A program made the translations under genes and the position numbers. From the NCBI GenBank assembly GCA_965207065.1, contig OZ242260.1:4128001-4192000 (forward strand): a DNA stretch of 64,000 nucleotides, given 5' to 3'. This DNA comes from a bacterium. Lineage in GTDB: Bacteria > UBA8248. Below, in pieces: positions 9,194 through 19,381 of this stretch (the stretch's first letter is position 1; the number at the start of each line of letters is the position of its first letter). The notes beneath the pieces were generated by a model. It saw only the letters and a program-made list of their open reading frames with translations. It was not told the origin of the DNA and made no database searches.

Positions 9194-10477
9194 GTGGGGA
9201 TAAGAAAATTGTCTGACGCGAAAAAGCACTTGTTCAGATTAACAACACTCTTCACTCTTCTCGCCTTGGGAATGGGCTTGTCCGGCTGTGCCGATTCCCT
9301 TCTTCCTAAGGTGAATGAAAGTTCCGTTAAAATCCTGAAAACCGCCATTGAAGTGGAATTTACCCAACTGACCAGAGAATTCGACCAACTCGACCAAAGT
9401 GGCGATCTGGAGCTTTGCGCTCCCCTGCGATTCGGAGTAGCGCGTTATGCCGTTTATCAGGCGGTAGAGGAGAAAAGAACCGCCTCTATGGCGCAACTGA
9501 CCCGATTCATCATGAGAGCGCGGGCGGCCATCAAGCGCGCAGAAGAGAAAATGCAAAAAAAACAATGTGTCGATAAGGATGGGGATGGACTCACTGACCT
9601 TACGGAATACCGGAAATATAAAACGAAACCTGATAATTTCGACACCGATGGGGATAACGTTTCCGATGGCGAGGAAATCCGCCGGTTTCGAACCAACCCC
9701 CTCAAAGCGGATACGGATGGCGATCTGCTCGACGATGGGGACGAGATATCACGCGGCTTGAGTCCGCTCCTCGCCGATAGCGATGGGGACGGATTCATCG
9801 ACGGCATCGAAATCGCCAATGGTTCGAACGCGCGCGATGCGTGTTCTCAGCCCCTGGATGCGCAAAATCTCGACCGTCTGCGCGAATGCGGCCCAAAACA
9901 GGTTCACGCCAAACCGGTTCAAGTTCAAACACCGCAAATACGAACTCCGTTGCCCGCACCCAAAGTAAAACAAAATTCGAAGAAGAAAAGGAAGCTCAAG
10001 GCGCAAAAACCGAAAACGAAGCCCTCCCCCAAGCCTCCCGGAGAACGAGCCTCAAACATCGAAAAAGTAAATTTCAAAGAGAGAAAAACAAAACCTACCC
10101 TCAATGGCAACGGCTCGCATCCTGAACGGAAAACTCAGGTGACTCGAAACCGCCAGGCCAGCGTGGACACTCCTGCAGACAAAGAGTCTCAAAATGAGAG
10201 CATAGATGCGAAAAGAAATCATCTTCCTGAGAAACCACAGAATGCAAATCTACACATCTTGAAGAAAGTGAATGCAGAGGGAGTACAATCAATAACAAAT
10301 CCCGAAGAATCACCGAGCCGCACACCCAATACGGCTTTACTCATGGAAAACCAAGGAAAAACGGATAATCCAGCTACGGTTCCGCCGACACCCGAACCTC
10401 CAAAGCCAGCGAAGAAAAAGAACTTTCCTTCTACGCATGAAGCCTTCCCCTCCACGATTTTTTTGAGGTTATGGTAG
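9194..10477 (+). CDS. Putative lipoprotein with DxDGDG calcium-binding (thrombospondin type 3-like) repeats and Lys/Pro-rich tail
   Basis: Lipobox LSGC; four repeats DKDGDGLTD, DTDGDNVSD, DTDGDLLDD, DSDGDGFID; low-complexity C-terminal half. Confidence 0.7.
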   Translation: MGIRKLSDAKKHLFRLTTLFTLLALGMGLSGCADSLLPKVNESSVKILKTAIEVEFTQLTREFDQLDQSGDLELCAPLRFGVARYAVYQAVEEKRTASMAQLTRFIMRARAAIKRAEEKMQKKQCVDKDGDGLTDLTEYRKYKTKPDNFDTDGDNVSDGEEIRRFRTNPLKADTDGDLLDDGDEISRGLSPLLADSDGDGFIDGIEIANGSNARDACSQPLDAQNLDRLRECGPKQVHAKPVQVQTPQIRTPLPAPKVKQNSKKKRKLKAQKPKTKPSPKPPGERASNIEKVNFKERKTKPTLNGNGSHPERKTQVTRNRQASVDTPADKESQNESIDAKRNHLPEKPQNANLHILKKVNAEGVQSITNPEESPSRTPNTALLMENQGKTDNPATVPPTPEPPKPAKKKNFPSTHEAFPSTIFLRLW

Positions 10478-10626
10478 AGTCAAACCTGATGTCTCTGGTA
10501 AATAGATACGCCTTAATCTTTGCGGCCACATGATGCGTATTATTCGGCGCCGAACGTTGAAAATTATCGCATTGCGATTTGTATTGTTTTCATCAGCTGG
10601 AGAAGAAGAGAATAGGAGAAAAGAAC

Positions 10627-12318
10627 ATGACGGAGCAGAAAACAGTCCTGAACCGATTTAGCCGGCGCATTACCCAGCCACCCTCGCAGGCCGCCTCTCA
10701 GGCTATGCTCTACGGTGCGGGTCTGGATGAAATCGACATGAAAAACCCCCAGATCGGTATCGCCAGCATGTGGTGGGAGGGAAATTCCTGCAATTTTCAC
10801 CTCAATCGGCTTGCCGAATACATCAAGCAAAGCGTGAACGCCGAGAAAAAAATGGTCGGACTCATTTTCAATACGATCGGAGTGAGCGACGGAATCTCAA
10901 TGGGCACGGAGGGTATGAAATACTCTTTGCAGTCTCGAGATCTCATTGCCGATTCGATCGAGACCGTCGTCGGCGCGCAATGGTATGACGCTCTGGTTAC
11001 ATTGCCCGGATGCGACAAGAACATGCCCGGCTCCATCATGGCCATGGCGCGGCTCAACCGGCCCAGCCTGATGGTTTATGGCGGCACCATCAGCCCTGGG
11101 TTTCTGAATGGAGACAAGCTGGACGTGGTCTCCGCCTTTCAAGCCTACGGCGAATACTTCTCAGATAAAATCGACGAAGAACGTTTCCAGTCGGTCATCC
11201 GGCATGCCTGCCCGAGTGGCGGTGCCTGCGGGGGCATGTACACGGCGAACACGATGTCCTCATCCATCGAAACGCTAGGCATGAGCCTGCCCTACAGTTC
11301 ATCGAATCCCGCCATGAGCGAGGACAAGAAAAACGAGTGTCTCGACGTGGGAAAAGCCATTTATCACCTGCTCGAAAACGACATCAAGCCCAGCGATATC
11401 ATGACAAGAGAAGCATTCGAGAATGCGATCACCATCATCATGGCGCTCGGCGGCTCGACGAACGCCGTCCTCCATTACATCGCCATCGCCAAGGCTGTCG
11501 GGGTCGAATTCACGATCGACGATTTTCAGGAAATCAGCGACAGGACGCCATATGTCGCGGATTTGAAGCCCAGTGGACAATTCGTCATGGAAGACCTACA
11601 CGACGTCGGCGGCGTACCGGCCGTCCAAAAACTTCTCTTGAAAGAAGGCCTGCTTCACGGTGATTGCCTCACCGTCACGGGCAAGACGCTCGGCGAGAAT
11701 ATCGAAGCCCTGCCCGACCTCCTTTCCGGCCAGAAGATCATCGTGCCGCTTGCCACCCCTATCAAGAAAACGGGACACCTCCAGATTCTCTACGGGAACC
11801 TCGCGAGTGAGGGCGCTGTCGCCAAGATTACAGGTAAAGAAGGCGAGCGCTACGAGGGCCCTGCGCGCTGCTTCGATTCCGAGGAAGACGCTCTCAAAGG
11901 ACTGGAAGAAAACAGAATTCAAAAGGGAGACGTCGTCATCATCCGCTACGAAGGACCCAAGGGCGGCCCCGGAATGCGGGAGATGCTGACGGTTACGTCC
12001 GCAATCATGGGAGCCGGACTCGGGAACGACTTGGCCCTCATCACGGACGGCAGATTCTCAGGTGGCACGCATGGTTTCGTCGTCGGACACGTCACGCCCG
12101 AAGCCCAAACCGGTGGTCTGCTAGCTCTCATTGAAGACGACGATATTGTTTTGATTGACGCCCAGAACCGCGTCATGGAGCTTAAGTTGCCCGAGGAAGA
12201 GATAAAGCGGCGACGGCAGAACTGGAATGCACCCCCGATAAAATTCACGAAAGGTACACTCTACAAGTACGCCAAGTGCGTATCTTCCGCGTCGGAAGGA
12301 TGCGTGACGGACGAGTAG
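10627..12318 (+). CDS. ilvD: Dihydroxy-acid dehydratase
   Basis: [42 protein letters not shown] and TDGRFSGG motifs. Confidence 0.95.
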   Translation: MTEQKTVLNRFSRRITQPPSQAASQAMLYGAGLDEIDMKNPQIGIASMWWEGNSCNFHLNRLAEYIKQSVNAEKKMVGLIFNTIGVSDGISMGTEGMKYSLQSRDLIADSIETVVGAQWYDALVTLPGCDKNMPGSIMAMARLNRPSLMVYGGTISPGFLNGDKLDVVSAFQAYGEYFSDKIDEERFQSVIRHACPSGGACGGMYTANTMSSSIETLGMSLPYSSSNPAMSEDKKNECLDVGKAIYHLLENDIKPSDIMTREAFENAITIIMALGGSTNAVLHYIAIAKAVGVEFTIDDFQEISDRTPYVADLKPSGQFVMEDLHDVGGVPAVQKLLLKEGLLHGDCLTVTGKTLGENIEALPDLLSGQKIIVPLATPIKKTGHLQILYGNLASEGAVAKITGKEGERYEGPARCFDSEEDALKGLEENRIQKGDVVIIRYEGPKGGPGMREMLTVTSAIMGAGLGNDLALITDGRFSGGTHGFVVGHVTPEAQTGGLLALIEDDDIVLIDAQNRVMELKLPEEEIKRRRQNWNAPPIKFTKGTLYKYAKCVSSASEGCVTDE

Positions 12319-12326
12319 GCACAGAC

Positions 12327-12365
12327 CCCAAAAAGAGGGGAGTCGTTTTCTCCCCTTTTTTTGGG
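12327..12365. terminator. Likely bidirectional intrinsic terminator
   Basis: CCCAAAAAGAGGGGAG-7nt-CTCCCCTTTTTTTGGG inverted repeat between convergent genes. Confidence 0.7.
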
Positions 12366-12377
12366 ATGCAATGCCGT

Positions 12378-12842
12378 CTACGACCCGCCGCTGTTCTTAC
12401 TCCGGTTGGCGAATTCCTTAAAATACCCTCCGATGGAGGAAGCAGCCCAGTCAAAACCAATCTCCTGGGCTTTTTGCAGCACCTCGTCTCCGCTCAAGTC
12501 TTCTTCTTCGGCCAGATGAACAAGCGAGCAAATCCCGGCTCGCCCAACTCCTTTTCAGTGAACGTATACCGGACCGTCTTTCCTGGCCTCACGGAGCGCT
12601 TCATGGATTTGTCCCGATAAGGCATCATTCATGTTTGCGGCATTCACGGGAATATTCACAAAGTTCATTCCTAACTCTTGGGCCGCCTCTCGTTCCGCAT
12701 CGGGCGGCAACTCCGGTTCTTCCTCATCGGCGAAACGCAAATTGACGAGGGTTTTCATCCCATTATCCGCCAGATGCTCCAGATCCTTCCGTCCTGGCTG
12801 GCTTCCGAACACCAGATTTTCTGCCAACTCAAAGTAGTCCAT
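12378..12842 (-). CDS. Putative selenoprotein of DUF442/Blh-like (phosphatase-fold sulfurtransferase) family, Sec96 from TGA 12555-12557
   Basis: GSQP...GMKTLVNLR...ELGMNFVNIPV...GPVYVH-TGA-KGVGRAG; frame stays open 58 more codons to TAG 12378; U-X4-R matches the family C-X4-R loop. Confidence 0.8.
12524..12543 (-). promoter_or_regulatory. SECIS-like hairpin
   Basis: GCGAGC-CGGGATTT-GCTCGC begins 11 nt after the in-frame UGA. Confidence 0.6.
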
Positions 12843-12865
12843 ACCTTTTTCCCTCAACAATATAG

Positions 12866-13708
12866 TTAGATTCGTTGCACCAGTTCCCGACAACGAAGCA
12901 GGCAGGTCGCTTTTTCATCTTCTTCGTCGCGCTTATAAATTCCAAGCAGATTGTTGATCATTCTCTCCACGATACGGCGAGGAGGGGTTTCCTGTAAAAA
13001 CCGCATATCGAAATGATACCCGAGGCTCCGCACAATCGCCGCGCAATCCCCTACGCTCAAGCGCTTCCCCCTGTCGAATGGATCCAAAAATATGGGTTGC
13101 TCATCACCTTGGTATTTCACGATAAAATGTCCCGGCATTCCAACTCCGTGAAAGGGAAGCCCCAATCGAGCGGCAAGAATCAAATACAATGCGGAAAGCG
13201 ATATGGGGATTCCGAGCCTGCGCGCCAAAACGCGATTCATGAAACTGTTCTGCGCATCATAATAATTATCCCGCTCGCCATCGAAACGAAGCTCCCCGTG
13301 TAGATACTCCACGAATTCGTCGACAATGGCGTCGGCTTTAGTTATCCCCTTCAATCGCCTCCGCAAATGATTTTCCATGCTGAGTAGTTCGTCTTTTTTC
13401 ATCTCCATGTTTTCAAGCGGATGGCCGAAAGACGCCAGCAAGAAGCACGCGTCTTCCAAATTCACATCTTCCACCGAAGAAAGAGACCAATCCGAAAAAG
13501 CAGTTTCGATTTGCCCGTAATGGAATTCAATGAGCGATGGCGGCAGTATCACATGACCCGCATCACTTTTTTTCAGTATGCCCAGGAGTCTTTTTTGCTC
13601 ATCGGCCGAGAATTCCGAAACCTGGCGGTCCAAAGCTTCCGTCACGCCCGGTGAATCATCACCCAGCAAATGACAAATGGCCTCTAATTGCGAATCACTT
13701 AATGACAA
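12866..13708 (-). CDS. SirB1/transglutaminase-like domain protein
   Basis: NYYDAQNSFMNRVLARRLGIPISLS, GVGMPGHF and FLDPF motifs. Confidence 0.85.
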   Translation of the reverse strand: MSLSDSQLEAICHLLGDDSPGVTEALDRQVSEFSADEQKRLLGILKKSDAGHVILPPSLIEFHYGQIETAFSDWSLSSVEDVNLEDACFLLASFGHPLENMEMKKDELLSMENHLRRRLKGITKADAIVDEFVEYLHGELRFDGERDNYYDAQNSFMNRVLARRLGIPISLSALYLILAARLGLPFHGVGMPGHFIVKYQGDEQPIFLDPFDRGKRLSVGDCAAIVRSLGYHFDMRFLQETPPRRIVERMINNLLGIYKRDEEDEKATCLLRCRELVQRI

Positions 13709-13815
13709 AATAGCGTCCTTAGATTGAGCAATTGTCTCTCACCCTACCCATGCCTTTGAATTATGGTATTATCATTCGAACTTATCCACAATTCGCGCTC
13801 GACGGGAGTAATCGC

Positions 13816-15441
13816 ATGTCCACGTATGCCGATGTGGTGGCGGAGGTTCTTCTAGATGCGGGTATCGAATTCATTTTCGGTGTTCCTGGAAGTTTAAGTT
13901 CCGTCGAACTTATTGAGGCTGCGAGAAAGCGGAACATTCGCTACATCCTTTGCAGCAACGAGAGCAGTGCGGCCGTGAAGGCGGGCACGTACGGCATCAT
14001 GACGGGACGACCGGGAGTCGTGAGTACGGGCGTCGGGCCGGGGGCGGCTGCCGTCCTCCACGGCGTGGCGAACAATTATCTCGAACGCGCACCCTGCCTC
14101 ATTTTGACCGACCGTTTTTCAGATGAGCAGTTCCACCGTGAGGGTCGGCAAAAACTCGACCAGGATCGGTTGCTGCGCCCTATCACGAAAGCCACCATCA
14201 AGCTCGCAAAAGACAACGCCGCGGTAGCCATCAGGCGCGCACTGGCCTTGACCGTAGAGGGAAGGCCTGGTCCCGTGCATGTAGACCTTCCCTACGACGT
14301 CATGCTGGCGAGCGCTGAAGAAAACGATTTCCCCCCTAAGGAAGCCCCACAAAAATTTATCCGCCGCACCGGCTCGGCTCACCCTGGCATCGTCACAACT
14401 CTCGACGCAATCTCGGAGTCGAAAAACCCGATAGTGATAGCAGGCCTTCAGATAAACCGCTCGGGAAGAGAAGCAGAAAAGGAATTCGTATCTTTCACCG
14501 AAAAACTCGGAGCGCCCGTACTCGCCGCACCGTCAGCTAAGGGCATTTTGCCGGAAAACCATCCTCTCGCCATGGGCACCTTCCGGGGCGCACCCTCTGA
14601 GCGAGAATTGATAGACAAGTCGGACCTGTTCATTCTGGTGGGCTTCGACACGGTGGAAGTGTTCGCCCCCGGAAATTGGGAATATCCCCAGAAAGTGATC
14701 AATTTGGATGAAGTGCCGCATCTCGATGATTTAATTCGGCCGGAAATAGAAGTCGTCGCTCATCTCGCCGATATTCTTAGAGAGTTGAGCGCCTCCGTCA
14801 CCTCCAACCATGTCTGGAACACAGAGGAGATGGACTCCTATAAGAAAATGAGGCAATCCGCCTTGTTCCCCACCGGAGAAGGCTTGATGCCCGGCGCCGT
14901 CATTCGGATTGCGCGGGAATGCCTCCCCGACAACGGCATCATGACTGCTGATGCGGGAAGCCATAAAGTACTCGCCAACGACATATGGGAGACGAGGCGC
15001 CCTCTGGGTTATCTGACCTCCAGCGGGCTGGGTTCGATGGCTGTTGCAACGCCAGCCGCCATGGCCGCCAAATTAACCGAGCCGGGCACGCCTGTTGTCT
15101 GCCTCACCGGCGATGGAGGTTTTCTCATGCGGATTGGCGACATGGAAGTCGCCGTTCGAGAAAATATCCCATTCGTCACCGTCGTATTCAACGACCGCTA
15201 CCTGAACCTGATCAAAATCAAGCAGGACAACCGATCTTTCCCGCGCCTTGGCACCGAGTTCCGCGATACCGACTATTCATCCGTGGCGAAAGGACTGGGT
15301 TGTGAGGGCGAGAGAGTTACTTCTGAAGAAGAGTTGAAAGATGCACTAAAGCGCGCATTTTCATCCGATAAACCCTGGGTCATCGACGCCGTCATCAATC
15401 CCGACGGTTATGTAGCTGTAAAAGACGTACGCGCGGAATAA
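13816..15441 (+). CDS. Thiamine pyrophosphate-binding protein (acetolactate synthase large subunit-like)
   Basis: FIFGVPG, GRPGPVHVDLPYD and GDGGFLM...FND TPP motif. Confidence 0.9.
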   Translation: MSTYADVVAEVLLDAGIEFIFGVPGSLSSVELIEAARKRNIRYILCSNESSAAVKAGTYGIMTGRPGVVSTGVGPGAAAVLHGVANNYLERAPCLILTDRFSDEQFHREGRQKLDQDRLLRPITKATIKLAKDNAAVAIRRALALTVEGRPGPVHVDLPYDVMLASAEENDFPPKEAPQKFIRRTGSAHPGIVTTLDAISESKNPIVIAGLQINRSGREAEKEFVSFTEKLGAPVLAAPSAKGILPENHPLAMGTFRGAPSERELIDKSDLFILVGFDTVEVFAPGNWEYPQKVINLDEVPHLDDLIRPEIEVVAHLADILRELSASVTSNHVWNTEEMDSYKKMRQSALFPTGEGLMPGAVIRIARECLPDNGIMTADAGSHKVLANDIWETRRPLGYLTSSGLGSMAVATPAAMAAKLTEPGTPVVCLTGDGGFLMRIGDMEVAVRENIPFVTVVFNDRYLNLIKIKQDNRSFPRLGTEFRDTDYSSVAKGLGCEGERVTSEEELKDALKRAFSSDKPWVIDAVINPDGYVAVKDVRAE

Positions 15442-15508
15442 TGAAAATTTTTTGCTTGACACAATTCTCTCAACAACGCATGTTATACACTATCTCGTTC
15501 TCCAAGAT

Positions 15509-15605
15509 GGGGAAAGCTGCATTTCCCTGTGAATCAGAGCCCAGGCAGGGGGCTGGGCATGATATCCTCGACCTCTTGAGGGGTCTCCGCGCGGGAGGAT
15601 TGTAG
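15509..15605 (+). promoter_or_regulatory. Structured 5' leader of cold-shock gene
   Basis: Consecutive hairpins (GGGAAA/TTTCCC, GCCCAG/CTGGGC); ATCCTC 15564-15569 can pair with the RBS-containing GAGGAT 15595-15600. Confidence 0.4.
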
Positions 15606-15812
15606 GTGCCAGAAGGAACAGTTAAGTGGTTTAGCGACAAAAAAGGGTATGGCTTCATTTCTCGGGAAGATGGCGACGACATCTTCGTTCACTTTTCCGC
15701 CATTGTTGCGGATGGATTCAAATCACTGAAAGAAGGTGAAAAGGTCACATTCGAGATCACCCAAGGTCCTAAAGGACTTCAGGCGGCGAATGTAACCAAA
15801 CTAGAAGAATAA
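15606..15812 (+). CDS. Cold-shock protein (Csp family)
   Basis: [15 protein letters not shown] (RNP1), DIFVHFSAI (RNP2), [10 protein letters not shown]. Confidence 0.95.
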   Translation: MPEGTVKWFSDKKGYGFISREDGDDIFVHFSAIVADGFKSLKEGEKVTFEITQGPKGLQAANVTKLEE

Positions 15813-15850
15813 CTTTCCTCCTTATCATCGTACATCTTATCGGGTAAATG

Positions 15851-17206
15851 TTACTCACAGGCCTCGGTATACTTTAATATCGCCTGAGCGGCATTTTCCC
15901 CGCTTCTCACCGCACCCTCCACGGTGGCCGGCAGGCCCGTGCGAGTCCAGTCTCCAGCCAGAAAAAAACCTTCTATCGGAGTTTTCGTATCTATCCGGTA
16001 CCTTTGCTCCGCGACTCCGTTCCCCCAGGTGGCCGCACGCTCCCGCACCACCAAAACATCCCGAATGGGGTTAAGGGGAATCATGCGTTTCAGGCAATCA
16101 CGTGCAGACGACTCGATGGTCGACCGTTCTGCGGATGCGATGGAATCCTCCGCTCCGGCCAACAGACACACCAGATTCTTCACGTCTACTCCACTTGCCT
16201 CCGGACGAAACAGCCAGTCCCACTCCTCATTAACAATCGCTTCGAAAGGAGGCCCCTCATCCGGTTCTTCAAGCCAGCAATATGCGCTGGCAATAGGCCC
16301 CGGGCGCAACTTTCCCAGATTCGAAAAAGGCGCCCGCTCACCGAGTTCTCCACCCAGCAGTCTGCCAAGGGCGTCGGGCGGCACAGCGGAAATGACTGCG
16401 GCAGCACCCAAGGTCTCGCGCTCTTTCAAAATCACACCTTTGATTGTCGAATCATGGACTTCAAGACCGACTGCGGACTGCTGAAGCCTCACTTCTCCAC
16501 CGAGTTGACGGATGCGTTGAGCCGCTCTGTTCGCCCACATAGTACCCAATGCCTTCATCGGGACTCCCAGGGCGGCTCCTTTCGGCCCATCGGAGAAGGC
16601 TTCCCGAATCACTGCCTTGAACAATGCCGCACTTCCCTCCTCCAATGGCAAGTTCAACACCGCGCGCGCAAACGGCTCCCAAAACCAGCGCACCGTTTCA
16701 TCCTTCTGGCCCAGTCGCCCCAGCATTTCACTCATGGATTCATTCGGGTATTCATCATTCGAATTGGAAATAATCTTTGACAGACCTATCAGAAGATTCA
16801 ATTTCGCCCATAACCGGGGGCCTCGCCATTTGAGCAAGCCCCGGAGTTGCGCCAAAACTCCTCCATCCTCCGGAAATGACAATTGCGTCCGTCTGGGTGA
16901 CTCCTCTTCCCGAATCCGGTAACTCACCTCCAGAGAGGGTGAGAACAAAACATCATCTACGGCGCCCACCCTCTCCAGCAATGAGCGCAGCGCCGGGTTG
17001 GCTGCCATGAACAAATGCGGGCCCCAGTCCAACTCCAGGCCCGTGGATGAGTGCATGAAACTGCGTGCCCGGCCACCGAGAAGCTTCCCCGCCTCGAGCA
17101 CGATGACTTTGACCCCCGACTCGGCAAGACGCAAGGCGGCGGACAGGCCCGCTGCTCCGGCTCCGATGATGATAACCGGCCTCTCGAATCCGCCAAGCTC
17201 AGTCAT
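15851..17206 (-). CDS. hpnE: Hydroxysqualene dehydroxylase HpnE
   Basis: GAGAAGL, LGGRARSF, LDWGPH and LAGDWTRTGLPATVEGAVRSG; directly downstream of HpnC/HpnD domains. Confidence 0.85.
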   Translation of the reverse strand: MTELGGFERPVIIIGAGAAGLSAALRLAESGVKVIVLEAGKLLGGRARSFMHSSTGLELDWGPHLFMAANPALRSLLERVGAVDDVLFSPSLEVSYRIREEESPRRTQLSFPEDGGVLAQLRGLLKWRGPRLWAKLNLLIGLSKIISNSNDEYPNESMSEMLGRLGQKDETVRWFWEPFARAVLNLPLEEGSAALFKAVIREAFSDGPKGAALGVPMKALGTMWANRAAQRIRQLGGEVRLQQSAVGLEVHDSTIKGVILKERETLGAAAVISAVPPDALGRLLGGELGERAPFSNLGKLRPGPIASAYCWLEEPDEGPPFEAIVNEEWDWLFRPEASGVDVKNLVCLLAGAEDSIASAERSTIESSARDCLKRMIPLNPIRDVLVVRERAATWGNGVAEQRYRIDTKTPIEGFFLAGDWTRTGLPATVEGAVRSGENAAQAILKYTEACE

Positions 17207-19366
17207 TTACGCTTCCAGGAAACAGCGAAGCGCTTCTAGTAGTTTTTCCCTGGACTTCAAAGAGGGGCGATAATGCATGTGCCGAAAATGATTCTTCTCC
17301 ATCTCACTCAGAAGTCTCCGATAAATCCGGCCCATGATTCTGGCGGGAAGAAGATTCTCTTTTTTCTCATGGCGCAAGGCTTCATTCGCCCGCTCATAAT
17401 ATATACGCGCCTGATGCGCCAAGAACCGAAGAAGGCTCAAAACCTGAGAAGTATCATTTTTGTCTTTCAAATCGGAGACGGATACTCCATATTTCTCCAT
17501 TTCACTTCTCGGAATATAAATACGCCCCTCCTCGGCATCTTCCCAAACATCTCGCAAAATGTTCGTCAACTGCAGCGCTCGTCCCAAACAAACAGCGTAT
17601 TCTTTCGCAAATTCCGATTTCGCACCAAAAATTCCCAGGCACGCCAGCCCTACTGCGGATGCCACTTTGTCACAATATTTTTCAAGGTCCGAGAAATTTT
17701 CAAATCTGCTTTCTTCCAAATCCATCGCCACGCCATCACAAATCGCCCGAAAATGCTCCGGCGGCAAGTCGAATTTCCGCGACGCCCAAGAGAGTTCCCC
17801 GATTATCGGGTGGGATGGACTTTCCTCGCCAAACCGATCCAGCGCCTCTTTCCATTCGGCCAGCGAGGTTTTTTTGCCGGATATCTCGCCCGGTTCATCG
17901 GCGATGTCATCGGCCATGCGGCAATATGCGTAAACTGCTGTAATGGCGCGCCTTTTCTCCGCAGGTAGGCTGAAAAAAGACAGATAAAAATTCGACCGGC
18001 TCGCCCGAATGAACCAGCGGCAGTAAGCGCGGTTCAATGTTTCTTCTGCCTGCCGATCCACATTGGATTCGAGTCGATAGACCGGGCGAAACGCAGCAAG
18101 CAGTGACTTGGCCTTATCCCGGCCATTCAAAAGCGGCGAGCCTGCGCAAACATTCCAATTCTCACGGGAAACCGAGTCCAGCGCCGCCACGCCGCCACGC
18201 CAAATCGCACGAAGTTCACGGCCCAATGCGCCGCGGGTCCGGTACAAAAGGGGCAGGCCTTGCTTGAAGAGGTGCTTTGTCCTCTTTATCTGAAAGACCA
18301 GGAACGCTCGCAGTTGAGGCGTCGCTACGTCCGCGATCAAATCTTCTTCCGAGACGGCGAACCGTTTCATCTCATCCTGCGGCATGTAGACGATGCCGCG
18401 TTCGGCATCTTCTTTCACGTCTTGTAAGTGATTCGCAATCTGCAATGCCGTGCAGATGGCATCCGACGCGCGAAAGGCCTCGTCATCACGTATCCCGTGC
18501 AGCATGAGAACGATTCTTCCGACAGGATCCGCCGATCGGCGGCAATAATCGAGCAAGGCTTCATAGTTCGGGTACCGGAGAACCGTGACGTCTTGTTTGA
18601 ACGCCGAAAGCAGATCCAGAAAAGGTTTTAAGGGCAATCCGAATTGTTGAATCGTGTGGGAGAGCGCTATGAAAACATCTGTTTCAGCGACACCCTTCTC
18701 AGCCAATAACAGCTTCTCTTCCCATACATCCAGGCGGGCAAGGCGCTCATCAATGGGCCTTGTCGTATCCGCGATATCATCGGCGCCTCTGGCGAATGCG
18801 TAGACCGCAGCCACGTGCGGCCTTATCTTCTTCGGCAGCAACTTCGAGGCGACGGGAAAATTCTCGTAGTGGCCGACTACGATTTTCATGCACGTATCAT
18901 AAGCGGCGCTTAAATCAGCCTCAGAACTATTCTTAACCTCTTTGCCTGAACCCTTTATTCCCTCGCCATTCATGAGAGATTCTATCAACTGCGCATCCGC
19001 CGGCAGGAATTCAAAATCCCCCAATGAGGCAGGATTCACCCATTCATGTCCCGCCACTCCCAAATTCTTCGCCACTCCCCTTTCCCATTCGCAACCATAA
19101 AAGCGAAGATGAACATCTCTATCGGGATAACGGTGGCGGGTCTCCCAATGAAGACTGCCAACGCGCACTTCGATGCCCAGTTCCTCGCGAATCTCCCGTT
19201 GCAAGGCTTCACAGGGTTCCTCACCATCTTCTATTTTACCGCCGGGAAACTCCCAAAAACCCGGCATGTGACCGCCCGCCGGACGCTGACAGATGAGAAT
19301 ACGCCCCTCGTTCCAGACAATACCGGCGACGACGCTTAGCTCTGAAGCGGCAGCTTCGCTCTTCAT
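17207..19366 (-). CDS. Fusion: MutT-like Nudix hydrolase + squalene synthase HpnC + presqualene diphosphate synthase HpnD
   Basis: Nudix box GGKIEDGEEPCEALQREIREELG; HYENFPVAS...ARGADDIAD (HpnC); SNFYLSF...CRMADDIAD and QLTNILRD (HpnD), all in one 719-aa frame. Confidence 0.85.
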   Translation of the reverse strand: MKSEAAASELSVVAGIVWNEGRILICQRPAGGHMPGFWEFPGGKIEDGEEPCEALQREIREELGIEVRVGSLHWETRHRYPDRDVHLRFYGCEWERGVAKNLGVAGHEWVNPASLGDFEFLPADAQLIESLMNGEGIKGSGKEVKNSSEADLSAAYDTCMKIVVGHYENFPVASKLLPKKIRPHVAAVYAFARGADDIADTTRPIDERLARLDVWEEKLLLAEKGVAETDVFIALSHTIQQFGLPLKPFLDLLSAFKQDVTVLRYPNYEALLDYCRRSADPVGRIVLMLHGIRDDEAFRASDAICTALQIANHLQDVKEDAERGIVYMPQDEMKRFAVSEEDLIADVATPQLRAFLVFQIKRTKHLFKQGLPLLYRTRGALGRELRAIWRGGVAALDSVSRENWNVCAGSPLLNGRDKAKSLLAAFRPVYRLESNVDRQAEETLNRAYCRWFIRASRSNFYLSFFSLPAEKRRAITAVYAYCRMADDIADEPGEISGKKTSLAEWKEALDRFGEESPSHPIIGELSWASRKFDLPPEHFRAICDGVAMDLEESRFENFSDLEKYCDKVASAVGLACLGIFGAKSEFAKEYAVCLGRALQLTNILRDVWEDAEEGRIYIPRSEMEKYGVSVSDLKDKNDTSQVLSLLRFLAHQARIYYERANEALRHEKKENLLPARIMGRIYRRLLSEMEKNHFRHMHYRPSLKSREKLLEALRCFLEA

Positions 19367-19381
19367 TCCGTCTCCATGGGT

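Noticed and set aside
15456-15491. TTGACA-based sigma70 promoter for the csp gene
   Set aside because: The nearest plausible -10 boxes are 22-24 nt away, so the spacing is not canonical
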